Shown: piece by piece, positions 1 through 13,617 of the stretch
Numbering within the stretch: the stretch's first letter is position 1
Layout: every line of letters starts with the position of its first letter
NCBI GenBank assembly: GCA_965645245.1
Contig: OZ287072.1
Location: 1,488,001 to 1,552,000 of the forward strand
Source of the DNA: Massalongia carnosa
Taxonomy: Eukaryota
Reading direction: 5' to 3'
DNA: 64,000 nt
Notes under the pieces: model-generated
The model's database searches: none
Told to the model about the DNA's origin: nothing
Seen by the model: the letters and a program-made list of their open reading frames with translations, nothing else
Made by a program: the position numbers and the translations under genes

Positions 1-947
1 GACACCACCAAGAGACCAGTAAGAGTCTCTTACATCACCGAACAAACCTCCCACCATCCTCCTGTCTCTGCATTCTACATCGATTGCCCCGTCAAGGGAA
101 TAACAGCGCGGGGCTTTGACCAGCTGAGCGCAAAGTTCACCGGGACCAGCATCCGCGTAACGCCAGGCGCCCACAATCTGGGCATTTTCATCACAGTCCA
201 CAGCCGAGGAGACGAGGAATACCAACTTACGCACCCAGCTGCTCACCTAGGAGGTCTCATTCGAGGTTCCCTGTCCGTTACCGTAGCAGATACGTGCTTC
301 ATCACATGTCCGAAAACGAAAATCAAGGTTATCCTTCACTATCTGGAGGAAAGCTGGCTGGGGAAAACACAAAACAAAGTTCTCGGCGTGGTTTACACTT
401 ACGATCCACAAATCGACAACCGAACTCGAATAAAAGACGTGCCTGAATCCGACGTGTTGGCGAGATTGGAAGGCTCCTGGACCGACCAAGTGCAATTCAC
501 CCTCCCCGGCTCAAAGGTAATTCTCTCCCCTCTCCAACAGAATTAGTCAGGCTGTGTCCAATCAAACCGTTCTAATCATCGAACCCTACCAACCCATAGG
601 ATTCTCACCTACTAATCGATCTCAACCCCCTCTTCCCCGCCCCCAAAATCGTCCCTCCGCCCAGCGCTCAGCTCCCTAACGAAAGCCAACGCTTCTGGTC
701 CGCGGTCACGGCCACCATCTTAAACAGGCAGTTCGCCCAGGCCACGAAGCTGAAGCAGGAGCTTGAGGAGCGGCAGCGTGAAAAGGCGGCGGAACGCGCC
801 GAGCGCGGGATTGAATGGCAGCCTACGTTTTTCGAGAAGGCGGTTACGCTGGACGGGCGGCCGGAGCTTACAGAGAGAGGGAGAGAGGCGCTGAGGGGGC
901 TGCAGGCTGAGGAGTGGGGGTTGAGGGAGGAAAATGAGGGGTTGTGA
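1..947 (+). CDS. Oxysterol-binding protein family member (Osh6/Osh7-like), 3' part only
   Basis: Frame 1 from base 1 reads DTTKRPVRVSYITEQTSHHPPVSAFY, containing the OSBP signature EQxSHHPP. Phase-0 intron 517-599 (GTAATT...CTAAT...CATAG). Exon 600-947 encodes ESQRFWSAVT...KLKQELEERQR and ends in TGA. Confidence 0.9.
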
Positions 948-2370
948 GCATGACAGGCGTAACTGGAGGGGCTCCTTTTTCTACTTGAATTGAGTAGAAA
1001 ACAGGTATTTTCTTTTAGGGGAGCGGTATTTGTGGATCAGCATAGGAATGAGGTGCGGTGAAATGGGATGTATTAGAAAATTTTATGCGGGTTTCTGTTG
1101 GCACACATTGCCTCAAGCCGCGAAAGGCGTTCGTTCCCTTCTGCTTCATTTTTGGTGTTTTCCAGCCAAGTCCATGTATGGCTTTTTTAAATCTATTATT
1201 CCTATCTATATATCAAGCATTAGATCTAACTACTCGTATTAATTCGGTTTTCAGGAACCTATAGCATATATGCAAATGCCAGCCACCACCGGCGTTTTTT
1301 CAACCGGAACGGATGGAATGGATAAGTTTGTCATTTTAGACCGTAGGTTTTTATCTAACTGCTGTTGAAGATGAGATAACCGCAGAGACCTAGCCGGGGG
1401 GTGGCTTTATGTACGTATAACCACAAATAACCCCGGTTCGGAAAGAATATATGCGCTAGAGACAAAAGCGGGAGATGCATTTGTAGGCTGAAATTTTTCT
1501 TCAGCGTGATTTAAGATGGATGGAATATGTCTTAGGAAGGGACGGTTTGCGCTGCAAAGCGAAAAGAAGGAGGCGAAGATATTTCGCAAGGCGGGAACGA
1601 TGGGATAGCTAAAATAAAAATTTTTTTGATGAGGTTTTTGATGTTTCAGAGAAATCAGTTGTAAGTGCACTTGCTACCGTTATTTAACTTGGAAATGCGC
1701 TCTTTTCATCTTTCTAAATCAACAGATATTTCGACTTGCTGCACGATCCAGGGGATTTCGAGCACAAGGAGAACAAACTAAAAAAAAGGGGTTCTGTCCA
1801 GGTCACTCCTTCGCGATCAGCGGAGATGCCCGAAACGTGTTAAACGGTCCTAGGCATGAAGTTTCGAATAGTCTTCATATAAAGCTTCAAAGGCTCTGTG
1901 CAGGCCTGCCTAATATGCTTAAAAGCCCGATATACCGAGTGGTTTCACGTATATTGGGATGAATGGGAACAACAAGAAAGATTACCAATACCACTGTGCG
2001 ATGTGAGAACAGCCGTTGCGAAGTAAGGAAATCTGGCTCGAGGCAAAGAAAGAGCAAGTGAACAGATAGACTTCTGGAAATAGGTATCTATAGATAATAC
2101 TATCTCGCGGTGCCTTCCTCCCGGGCGCTAGATATGCAATAGTGATCAAGGATCAAAATTGCGGTTGTCGGAAAGAGCCAGGCTTTGAGGTTAGGCACTT
2201 TTTTTGCCTGGCAGGAAAAGTATGTGTTTCGGTAATACTGATTAGCTCGAAATCCGTTTCCAGCCCAATTAAAAGTTCTCATGAGGCCACCGCCTTCTTC
2301 TCAGAGAAGAATGAAGTTTTGTAAGAAGGGGGGGGGGTCTAATCTCTGGTTCAGCAAGAACTTTGGTAAA

Positions 2371-3351
2371 TTACACCGCTGATCTGGCGGAAAAGCGCCA
2401 CCCCCCCCCCTCGTCAAGCTCGGTAACTTTACCTTCCTTGAGCAGCTTCTGCAATATCTGTATCACTCCTTTCTCAGCAGGATCGTGAAGATTCTCGGGC
2501 ACATCCTTGTATATTATTTTCACCAGGTCCCTTGGCGTTTTGGCTATACTCAGCCCTTGTTCTATCACAGCTTTGGTAGCATACATCTCTATTTCTGTAT
2601 CTCTTAGAATCTCCAAGACCTCTTCTTCCCTTTGCTGCCGATGTCTAATGTATCCCTCAATCCTCTCTTTTCCGTCAACAACCACTGCGCCGTGTCCTGG
2701 GTATGCTCGACCGCAGAACTGCTGCCCCATCCGCCGCAAACTGTCGAGATATAGAGATAAGTCCTCAAACACAGCAGTCCCATGGCCGAGCACGTTATCA
2801 CCTGTCAACATTGCGTCTTCTTCTTCCAGCACTAGGGCCATGTGATCCGTGGTATGCCCCGGGCAATAAAATGCACGTAGCGTTGCTCCCTCCACCTGAA
2901 ACTTTTGGTCATCGGTGATATCGAGTTGACCAGCCATTGGATTATATTTGTAAACTTTAGCGTTTGGGCAGCAGTTGAGAAGATCCTTCACACCTCCAAT
3001 GTGGTCCTGATGCCAGTGAGTGATGATTGCGTGCGAAATGGTAGCTGCTTCGATTGAGAGTACAGAAGAAAGAAGCCGGGCCCATGATGGTTTACCCTCG
3101 CCGGTGTCGACTAAAAGACGAGTGGGACCATCGCCAATAATGTAAGTGTTAGTGCCTAATGATTCTTAGGTCGGCTAAGCCAATGCATTTGGCTATCACC
3201 AATACCTTGAAGAGTAAACTATGTACAGTAAGCATGAAGGACTTATGGATCACATGGATTGACAAACCTTTCCTGGATTTCCGCCCAGAATCCTGATAAC
3301 CAAAGGACTTAGCTTTTCCACGTCCGGAAGTTTGACGAGCTGAGTCGCCAT
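2371..3351 (-). CDS. Metallo-beta-lactamase-fold protein, LACTB2-like
   Basis: Spliced [40 protein letters not shown], then HxHxDH (THWHQDH), PGHTTDH, TGDNVLG and YPGHG motifs. Includes a 13-nt micro-exon at 3206-3218 between canonical GT/AG sites. Confidence 0.9.
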
Positions 3352-3946
3352 CCCTACATACAATATTGCTGGAGCATGAGAAAGCCCGAGATAGTCTTCC
3401 ATAAACCTAGTCCATGACGAGCATTAGTAATGCTGATGGAAAAGTACTGCTTACGTATCCATCGGAATTGCCTCGGCACAATTCCATGACGTTGGGATTG
3501 GTCGGAATCTCTCGTATTGTCACGTGTGGGTGAAATCTCGGTTGAGGCAGCTGGAACGCAGCGTGTGTTGATTTACATGGCTTGCTTGAAGTATGGGATT
3601 GGATAGGGGAATCTGGATAGTTGAGTATGCGCAGAGGATTTTGGAGTTGAGGGAAAAGCACGGTGTTCATTCGGCTGAATGACCCTGTCCGCATCAGAAT
3701 TCTTCTGCGAAGGCTGTAAGACATCTTCCATACAAGATTTTGATGTACTTCGGGCCATCCACATAGATGAAGGCCGTTGCGTGGTTGCAAGTACGGTTTA
3801 CAGCAATTTTGCGCCCCGTGAAAATCGAAGGCTATCCAAGTGCATGCTCCGGTAGATGGATGTCTGTCCTGCTCATACTTCTCTTTCTCGAAACAAAGCA
3901 GAGTACGGAACAATAAGTGCATGATCAATGGCCTGAGCATTTGTTA

Positions 3947-4897
3947 TCAATCGTTCATGCAATCGTCTGGTGGGGGAAGAAGCGGTCGGTGGGTTTTGTT
4001 TCTAGACCGTAGGACTCCATATCCATATGGATCCCTCGTTTGAAGGAAACGCTCTACCCGCTCATCTTTGTTGCCGAATCTTTGGGACACCTGCCTCCGA
4101 CTCCGGATACCTTTGCTACAATCATCATGGACCTTATCCATCCGCTCCAAAAAGGGATTGGAGTAGCCTCCTAGCTTTGTAACTTGCCCAATCCCCCCCA
4201 ATGCTATAAGGATAACAACAATCACAAAGAACCCCCCGTTTGAGAAGTGCAAAGGTTCCTGCTTGGGTTTGGTATCTCTTTGGTACCACCTTTCCCAGTC
4301 TTCCCAGGTTGCGTTGTTGGCTGGTGAATCATGCGCGCCAAAGCCCGAGCATCCATTATTGTTGTTCCGATCCCATCCATACTTGGTAACCCCTGCATCC
4401 AAGTGTCCATCCCATCCAGATCCAAACCGATCATATGCCGTCCGCTTTGTAGGATCAGAGAGGATGATATTAGCAGCAACGACTAAGAGATATCTCTCAA
4501 TCTTCACGCTGGAAGGGAGTGATTTTGCTAGGCTTTGCTCCTGAGAACATAGATCCGGATGATACAGCTTAACAAGCTCGTAGAAGCGGCGTTTTGAGTA
4601 CGGTGCACTCTTCTTTTGATGAAATATTTGATAAGGTGTGGGGATTAGGGAGGTAGAGGATAATGCAGGCCAGCCAAGGTCGTCCAAATGATCTGCTGGC
4701 AGCTTCTTCGATCGAACATCGGAATAGCCACGAGACTGAAGGTTTTTTTGGTTTAACGGCCGGCGCCTTGAGCCTGTGTTCTTGCAATGGCGTTGGGAAG
4801 ATTGTGTATGAAGGGTGATGAAAGTAATTGAGAAGGGCGAGTAACTTCCAACAAGATTCCCGTAAAACGGAACTATAGAGAAAGGCAATTTATACAT
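3947..4897 (-). CDS. JID1: Mitochondrial J-domain protein, JID1-like
   Basis: TPYQIF...KRRFYELVKLYHPD (HPD motif), ANIILSDPTKRTAYD, NATWEDWERW and a single TM segment. Start at ATG 4897 is inferred; the ORF is open to 5044. Confidence 0.8.
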   Translation of the reverse strand: MYKLPFSIVPFYGNLVGSYSPFSITFITLHTQSSQRHCKNTGSRRRPLNQKNLQSRGYSDVRSKKLPADHLDDLGWPALSSTSLIPTPYQIFHQKKSAPYSKRRFYELVKLYHPDLCSQEQSLAKSLPSSVKIERYLLVVAANIILSDPTKRTAYDRFGSGWDGHLDAGVTKYGWDRNNNNGCSGFGAHDSPANNATWEDWERWYQRDTKPKQEPLHFSNGGFFVIVVILIALGGIGQVTKLGGYSNPFLERMDKVHDDCSKGIRSRRQVSQRFGNKDERVERFLQTRDPYGYGVLRSRNKTHRPLLPPPDDCMND

Positions 4898-5146
4898 ATT
4901 GAAAAAGCTCTCCCCGGAGCCGTAGGCACTTTTTACTTGTCCGCCTTGAGTGTTGAGGGTCGATTCGTTGTTACATGGATTCCGATAAGATACGCCATCG
5001 GTGTTAGGTACTCTGTTAGTCCCAGATAAGCAAGTATCGATCACGTGATGATATTAACGTCGGGTAAAAATAATTTAATGGGAAGTGTTTCTATGGGATT
5101 GCTCTTTTTATCTCCAACAGTGTCTCTTCTCCGCCCCAAAACTGTA

Positions 5147-6410
5147 ATGTCACGACTCTTGAAAATCTCGTCAAGGTCAACATTTAATCCAGGGCATGAG
5201 CAGAGCACCCAACTATTCAACCAAGAATCTGGCCAGGTATACACAGAAACAATCAGCAGCGGAGGCCCTATGACTGCAGATTGGGTTTGGAAAATCATAG
5301 GAAGCCCAACGGATGCGAGAAACTTTAGATTTTGTGGGCCTGGGTGTGCATCGCTGTCCAACATGGCCATTCGAACCGCTGTTGCCAACAATATCAGCAT
5401 TACATCGGAGACCCTTGCAGAAGTTCCTTGGTCTATCGGCAAACTTCTTTGGCGAAGAATTGTGGACTCGTAGGTCGGATGGAGTCTACATCTCTAGATA
5501 TGTATGACTTACAAGCCTACATAGACGATTTGATAGCGTCCGAATTTGGAAAGTCTTCACGTCTACCTATCCGGCTGAGTTGGATGAGAATTTGAAATTC
5601 AAGCAACACGTAGAGATTCGGCCGGATATGCTCTTCACAAGCTACATAATTCCTCTGATTTCTTCTTCCTTCCACTGGATCACCTACCTGACTTTGTCAT
5701 CTATTACCTGTTCCCGGACAGATATTCTGCAACTCTCGCAGCTCACCAACTTAGGGGCATTGACTATTGGCAAGGATGTCAAATGTCCTGATATTGGTCT
5801 CGATGATAGTATTATAAGATCCTGGGGGCGGGCGGCAACAGAGTCAAATGTGTTTAGCATGCTTCGGGTCTTGAATTGTCGTTTACAAAAAGATATTACC
5901 CCCAGAGCGCTAAATTACTTGAATGACTTCCCTTCCCTAGCTATATTTACGGTCGAAGATAGTAACATTGGGCCCCGAGATAAGCGAGCGGCGTTGAGTC
6001 TTGGCTGGAAGTACAAGACTGGAAACGATTTAAGTGGCTTTCTCGCGAATGAGGGCGCAACGAATTCCACCTGGGACTCGATACTTCGTGCATGCTTTAA
6101 TGGAGGTGGAGCATACAGTGTAAGGCGCATAACTGCTGAAGGCGTTGAAGTGATCAATTCTTTGCCAACTCTACATTTCTTGCTTGGAGGTGCAATGCCA
6201 GATGCCGCTGTGAACGTTACCGGAAATCAGAGTATGAGATTATTTCATCGCATCAAAGCGTATATTCCTGCAGCAAACAATGAGGTTGAAGGTATGAAAA
6301 GGCCCTTGGAGCGGTCATCTCAACAGAGCAGCTTGGCACGCAAGAAACCAACGATACGCTCCTCGAAGCACCAGAGCCTGGAAAGTATTTTGATGGGATT
6401 TGGCTCCTAG
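5147..6410 (+). CDS. Conserved fungal hypothetical protein with a short LRR-like segment
   Basis: ORFs 5045-5473 and 5580-6410 join in frame through a phase-2 intron at 5470-5524 (GTAGGT...ATAG). LRR-like LSQLTNLGALTI and FSMLRVLNC. Start codon uncertain. Confidence 0.7.
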
Positions 6411-8873
6411 CCATCACAACCATGATCAAAACGCCAAACTGGTCCTTTCTGCATCATGTTATCTTTCGGCCCGTATGGATTAAAACAACAAACCAGTAAC
6501 CATTTATAGAGTCAAGATTTGCGAAAAAGTCCAGCCCAAATCTCTTACCAGAGCGAATCTTTTGGGCTCTATGTGGATAGCGAAAAGACTAACGACTAAA
6601 CCATGAAAACCACTGATGGACATTGGTCCAACTTCAAGAAAAGTTGAGACTGTGCAAAGCTAATTCGAGCAGGGTCCCCTTGACTTGTAGCGAACTACAT
6701 TATCCAAAAGTAAGAACGGCTTCTCAATATAACACCTTTTCAACAGTTAAAACAGAGAGTTTATCTTATTTTCATTTCTACTCTCCGAGTAATGAGTGGG
6801 CTCTAAGAATGGTCAGAATACCTGGATGGAAGATCAATGTCACAATATCCTCGTGATGTCCGTGATGCTTGCAACCCTTCAAGCCCTCCTTCCAGGGGGA
6901 TTCACACAAGCACAGCGTTTTTACCAAGAGCAAATCCCGATGTCCTTTAGCGGCTTTCTAAGACCTATTGTGTACAACTAACTTTGGATAACAAAATAGT
7001 AGTATCAATTTAGACGGAACTGTATGTTTTCAGCAAATCAAAGTCTCAAAGAATCTTTAATCGACGATAACTAATAACTCTACTTGCCTTTGAATTCCGT
7101 CGAGATGATCAGCAAAGAACTTGACAGGGTTACTTAGATTTTTTCTTTCAAAAAAACTCTAATATATTCAATCGTGTTTTTTTCCAAAATACGGGGACTT
7201 TCCTCTCTTTTATCAAATGCTTTAGAGTCAGCAATGCAACAACCCTCCAATTTATCAAGTCAGATACATTCAACGTCAAGATATACGATGTGGACAATCC
7301 TCGCTTTACCACATTCTTATGAACTGACATTATCAGATTACGTCAATCTCAATTTCTCTAGAACGAGTTACACCAATATCTTCTGCAATGCATGATTAGG
7401 GGCTGATAAGGAGACAACGGTTTCAAGGATGTCAAGTCCGATTTGAGATGCTGACTCGCTAGCTGTCTGAGATAAAGAGGTACTTATAGAGTGAGTGTTA
7501 GATCTTACATACCTAGCTATCTATACAGTGATAACAAATCCAAGACAGATATATATACACAGCAGATGTGCCCAACAGATAAATAATCGACTGACTATTC
7601 AAAACCCTTCAACACTTACACATGTGTCGGCTGTTCAACTCGACACCAGGGGGATGTCCATAACCGGAACTAGCTTGGTCTGTGGCATGGATCCTTTCCT
7701 CTCCTTTTTTTCTCCTTGACCTCTCCTTCCCCCATCCTACCCCCCGAAGCACAAAACTCCATATTCCTTCTCCCTTCTCCCGTCGGCAAAGCGCAACCCT
7801 CAACTTTCCTCTTGTTCTGAAACGAAATCCAGTCTCGGAAATCCAACAAAGAACGAATAGTTTGCTTGCTTATTAACCGCTTTTCTTACATGCGTGGTGT
7901 TTGTTCACATGCACAGAGGAGGAAGGAGAAGAGGAGAGGTTTAAGGGTGGAAGGAGGATGGAACTGCACGCCTTTTGGGGGGGCGAGGAGAATGAGGAGG
8001 AATGTATGTACGATACCAGAAATCCGACTGACCAACTGAGGGATGGAAGATGGATAGGAGATGGGCACAAACGTAATATTCTGAAGCAGTAAAGCTCCTC
8101 ATTACCCCTCCCTTCCCCTGAATGATTTCTCGGGAGAACGTGGGAAAACAAGAATATCCGTTTATGATAGAACCATTTTCCTTCCAAGAATTGAGCGTCG
8201 GATAGGGAAAAGAGTGACTAAAAAGGCCAGTAGCCCAGATCTTCCAAAAAGTTATCAGTCAATCAGTCGTCAATCAATCAATAGAATGATTTCAGACAAC
8301 TACAGATGAAAAAAAAGCTTGCGCGGTTGACGAACATCCATCTCTATTTCACTATTTTCAGCAACCCCTCCAGTCCGCCTTTGGGTACAAGTCAACATAC
8401 ATTACTTTCTCCGCGCGGATACTTCTTCTAACCCAGGCGGTATCTAGATCTTGTCTTTTCGCAACCATGATTTCCATCTGATCAAACCCATCGCAAAGTT
8501 GGGGGGGGCCTCAACTCCTGTTCCGATCTTAAGCCATGCCCTGCTCTATGGATATATCCCCCTCATGCCACCATTCCAGAGCCCTCTGTTGCTCCGCGAT
8601 CAAGGGACGTCAACGCGCAACTGTGGTATGTTAAAGAACCTTGTAAATTAAGAAAACCCTGCCTGTAACCATCTCATTGCCCCTGCTCCCAAAACTCCTT
8701 GAAGACAAAAACTCTCGTGTAGCAATGCCAGCCAAGTCTATGTGAATACCCATGGATAAGTAACATGGTCTATATAGTTTGAACCCGAATACCCCCACAC
8801 TCCATTTATATGCTTTAGTTTGTGTGCTATGTGATTATAAGTTCATCGAAAGTGATGCCTCCGTCCGGTCTGT

Positions 8874-11504
8874 TTACCGCGTAATGATAAGGGAAAACCC
8901 GTCTATCCATGCGCCGCACGAGCCCGACACGCCAGCGATGCGGTAACCGCGCGGCGGAATTAGTGTATGTCTGTCGATGAAAAGAATGGAATCAGCGTTC
9001 AATCTTTCTTTTGGAAGGGGTTCCTTAGGGGTGGTAAGTAGAAAGGATTTAATATCGAATAGAGATAGACACTCACCCGGAACCCCCTTTTGGGTTGCCA
9101 TAAACGCCCGATCGCCGTCCCAAACTTGTCAAGATCTCGAGCCCATCGATCCAGAGCCCAGCTCGCAAATAGAAACCCAGTAAGACCTCTCCTCGTCGTG
9201 TATCTACCTACCGTCAAGTCTCGAAGGGGTTGAGAATAAAAACGGGACAAGACATACCAAGCATGAATTCGCTAGCGCCGGTCTCTCCTCGTCTCCCGAA
9301 TAACTGGCTTGTAGAATCCTCGAAAAGGAACTCGAGGCCATCTATTGCGAAGCCGTGAAAGACTTTAATTGATGTCAATAGCTTTTTTTGTATTACCGTA
9401 TCTTGTAGTATTATTTCCTCAGGTTGACTGCCTTCCTGTTGCGAAGCCCCCAACTTGCTTCCCCTGAACCCGCATTGGCCATTGGAGAGCTTGACAACAG
9501 AAGCCTTGGATTTCAGCCCGCTAAAATCCTCTACTAGGTGATGACCCTGGCCTGCAGAGTGAATTCTAAGTATTACTCGCTTGTTCTTTTTATTCTCTGA
9601 TATTCGGCTTCTAATATCGCTCATCGCCAACATAATCTGCCTTGACAATCCACCAAACCCATTCCCATCGCTATTCTTAAAATCGATCCAGGCATGGCAA
9701 AGCTCGTCATCCGCGGTGAAAATCTCAACAAAAGCAATGCCAGTCGGAGCAGTAACAAGAATCTTTCCATTATCAATCGGCCATACTTGTATGCTGTCGT
9801 CAACGTTTAGAGCCAGGTCAGCCGGTAATCGAAAGCACGGGTGATTTCTGAAGCGCAGCATGTCCAATGGATGCCATGTGCATTCGTCCGTGGGCAAACA
9901 GAGCCGCAGACCTTGGGATCTTGTCCTGGTAGAATAAGGCTCCCGGCAAAGGAACGTTCGGCTAAATCGAACGTAATCGGAATGCATAATACCAAATTCT
10001 TGATGAGGGCATCCAAACAAATGGCCAACTTCATGGAGATGCGCCCCAATTCCCACGTTTGCAGCTTCCCAGTTACTCCCAGAGTCATTGAAGCTGTTCG
10101 CGACGAAAGCGGTGTTTGTTCTTGTACAGTCGGAAAATGCCGGTGCAACTTCTTCAATGGAAGATGGATAGCTCTGCAGGGCCTGGGAGCCAAAGATACC
10201 GAGTTGAATGTCTCCAGCTCCCCCACCAAGCGCGGCATGACCCATAACTGTTTTCACTGAAGTATCCCAATGCGCATCAAGTAGCAAAACCGCGACATAT
10301 TGCTTCTGTCCTTTGTTAGGTTTAAAGTAGTCTTGTACAGCATCCTTGGCAATGGAAAATAAACCCTCCCCGTCGGTGGCGTTATCATTTTGTTGCGCCA
10401 GGTTTAGATCTCTTAGTTCTCCTACCGTCCTTTCCGTTCTCACTACATGGACTCTCGCCTCGCTCCTCATTTGACCTGTGCGCCAATCTCGGCTTGTCAA
10501 AGACCCTGTCTGCCACTCCTCGTCGAAGCGAAAGCATCTTCTGCCAAACCCGTTGCGATACATCTGCTCTCCCGTAAATGCCTGCCACAGATACGCAGCC
10601 ATTCGGTATTTTCGTATTGCAATGTCCAATCCGTTTCCTTCTCTTTGCATACGTTCCGGCACCGCATCATAGGTGCCCGGAGAATCTTTCCCCAAAAGTA
10701 TGACAAGCTGTAGCGGTGGTGAACTAGCCAGCGGAAGGAAATTTATGTTTATCCAAGACGAGTGCGCCGGAATGGAACTGTTGTTGTTTGCCAATTTCGG
10801 CGACGTACAATCAAAGCGTAATCGATTTGGGCCAGGCGTTAAATGAACCAAAGCTTTGAAATGTGAGTCGTTTATGGGCCATGTTGTTGCCGGAAAGTTA
10901 TGTTGGTGATGGGAGACTGTGATAGTGCCGTCTATGGCTTGCTGGGCGGGATCACCAATTTGGCCATAGACCAAGAGGACTTTTTGATGGACCTGATTTC
11001 AAGAGGTTAGCTCCGGCGGGAAAACGGTGAATGGAAGTCGTACCCAAGAACTGTCAGAGACGGAAAGTATTCGTGGAGCAAAGGCAGAGGTGGCGTTTCG
11101 GGGAGTAGAAGTCCCATTGATCGACGGGGTGCTTAGTCCCTGGGTCACCCGCAAGTCAGCCGGAGTTTATGGATTCCGTACTTTGAGAACCATTCACTGC
11201 GAAGCTCTCGAAAACAAGAACATACCAGGGAACTATTTCTATTACTCGACGGGCTAAGAGCGACTAGTCTTTGCTGAATGGGATTCACTCCATTCACTGA
11301 CTTGCTATGCTGGAGGTTTGGAGTGGACGATTGTGGCTGGATGGATGATGGGGGGGTTGAGGAGTCGTACAAAGAATTCAAGGTGGACGAGGATTTGGTA
11401 GTAGGAACGGTGGTGGGCAACCCTGTAGCATAATTGGAGGCAATGTGTGCTTTGTCGGTTTTGGTGCTGCCTCTTCGTCGGCGCAAGTCCTTGAAGAATG
11501 GCAT
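8874..11504 (-). CDS. Putative zinc metallopeptidase (YIL108W/Metallopep-like) with C-terminal jacalin-like lectin domain
   Basis: Five exons join in frame. HExxH zincin motif GAHLHEVGHLFGCPH. C-terminal jacalin-like motifs GFAIDGLEF, GLWIDGLEI, GSCGAWIDGFSLI. Stop TAA at 8874. Confidence 0.88.
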
Positions 11505-12166
11505 TATTTGTCCCAGACTATTGCTATTGGAAATGCTTGAACAGGCGTCCCCTACTCTCTATTTTGGCTTCTCGGAGACTCGGCGTGTTTGACTGTCATG
11601 AACGGGAAAATGTGTGCAAGGCGGACGAGGTGCAAAGCGAATGACCGGTAAAGGATAGTAATGACTGCAATTCGAGTCAATAGGCACCACAACATAGGTT
11701 GTAGCGAGAGAACGAGCGTTTCCACGGCTGACACGGCTGTGGAAGTAGATTCTATGAAACCATGCGTCATTGACGAAGGAGAAGAAACTGCGGGATTGAG
11801 AAGAAAAGAGATCAACAGCGACGATACGAGAATATTGGCCAACTACCAAGTGTAGATTAGAGACTTGTTTACTCTGTACTCGACAGGGAGCACCGTCCCT
11901 GTTTCACGTCTAGCGAGTACAGCGTGTACAGCGAGTACAGGGCAACTACCTATTATGGACAGCGATAATGATAATGCAAGGATCTACCGATACAGCGGAT
12001 TAACTAGCATTCCGTCTTCTGGATTCTGATCTAAAAAAGGGGTCAAATGCAAGTGGCGTCATTAAACATGCCAGATGGCTCAGATAAGCTTCTAGTGGCT
12101 CCAACAAACCCAGTTGTGGCTGAAAGGGCTAGTACCTGGACGTACTCTAAGTACATTACACTGTAC

Positions 12167-12172
12167 ACGCGT
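12167..12172. promoter_or_regulatory. MCB element (ACGCGT) upstream of the Whi5/Nrm1-like gene
   Basis: Exact ACGCGT about 210 bp upstream of ATG 12380. A single 6-mer, so it could be chance. Confidence 0.35.
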
Positions 12173-12379
12173 GAAGAAAAGTTACAGGTAATTAAAACTT
12201 GTAACGACAAGCGTTCCATTCCTCTTTGAGGAACCCGGCCGCTTAGGGTTCTCACTAATTAATTCCCATCCAGCATTTCTCTTACTTTTCCACTGCACCA
12301 CCAAAGCTCCTGGCTCCTGGCTACGGTGAGTAAGCGGACATCTCTCTAGCATAGATTCCGCAACATCGGACCTGCCACA

Positions 12380-13617
12380 ATGTCAAATCCACTACTCCGA
12401 CCACAAACTCCAGACGACGTGGAGCAGAAGGTGATGCGGCGGGTAAAAATAGCCAAGGTAGGCATATATGATAATGAATGGTTGATCGTCGCATCACATC
12501 CGCTATCCTTCACTAATATCCGCCGACGCAGATGGCTAGGAAATTGCAAGACCGTCTGGCATTGGCAAGTTACAAAGCCCAGCATGGTCTAGATAACCTG
12601 AGCTTCAACCTTGTAGAGGCTCAGCTTGAGAACAACGTTAAGCAAACGAGGCCTGGCTCCAGCGTGGGCACTTCTTCGGATACTTCATCATCCACATCAG
12701 GCCACCAACTTTTTTCCAGCACTCTAGGTTCATCGCCAATGACTGCACCCTTCTTCTCTAGTGAAGTGCAAGGGTCAGAGCGAAGTTCGAGCCACCGAAA
12801 ACGGCGCTTACAGCAACCTGCGTTTGCGCCCCCTGTCCTAAGCTCCGCCCCAAGTAAACGGATCCGCGCGCAATCTACAGCGCCATCGATGTTTGAACTG
12901 CCTCGACACTCGTGGAAGACCACACATAACCTGCCCGAGTCGTCCCCTGGATATCATCACCAACATGATCACTACCAAGCGTCTCATCAGCCCAACCTAT
13001 CTTTTGTATCGGAGGTATCCACCGTTCCGGATTCCCCGCCCTTTGGCTATATCTCGGATGATGATAGCCAACCTCTTCCCCGGCATCCCTTCGCCATGCC
13101 GTCGTCCAAGTTTCACTCTTCGCCTCCGCGCACCCCGCCGCCAACACGCTCCCGATCCCAGCGCCAACGTAAAAGCAACGCAACCGGTGACGAAGGGGCC
13201 AGCCTACTCCTTCATCTTGCCACTTCTCCCTCTCCCGCCAATCCCGGCGCGAAACCAAAGATCTACCCTCCGTCTACTCCTCCCTCCAACATCGCGGCCC
13301 TCCCATCCTCCATGATGAACACCCCAGGCGGCGGCGGCTTCATGGCCGGTTTCAACACCCCAGGCCAACAGTTGAATTTCTCTGATTTCGTCAACGTCAC
13401 GCCGAGCCCCGCGCAAGGCGCTTTCGGCAACCGTACCCCAGGCCCAGCCAAGACGCCTCTCGCGTCGAAAGAAGCGCGGCGCCGGCTAAATTTCGACTCG
13501 TTGGCTCCTCCCACTGGAAGCCCGAACGTGGGAAGCTCAATGGGGAAGGAGACAGGGCTGGGGATGGAGCTAGGCGGGGAACTAGGCGCGGAGCTGAATC
13601 GGGGGCTGGGCTCTTGA
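12380..13617 (+). CDS. Whi5/Nrm1-family G1/S transcriptional repressor
   Basis: Exon 12380-12457, intron 12458-12531 (GTAGGC...CTAAT...GCAG), then ARKLQDRLALASYKAQHGLDNLSFNLVE (Whi5/Nrm1 GTB-type motif) and many SP/TP sites in a disordered tail. Confidence 0.8.

Noticed and set aside
3407..3940. 177-aa ORF between JID1 and the LACTB2-like gene
   Set aside because: Non-ATG track start, no motifs, and it occupies expected UTR/promoter space.
6600..7400. Possible decayed gene between the hypothetical protein and the metallopeptidase
   Set aside because: Only short ORFs with no recognisable motif.
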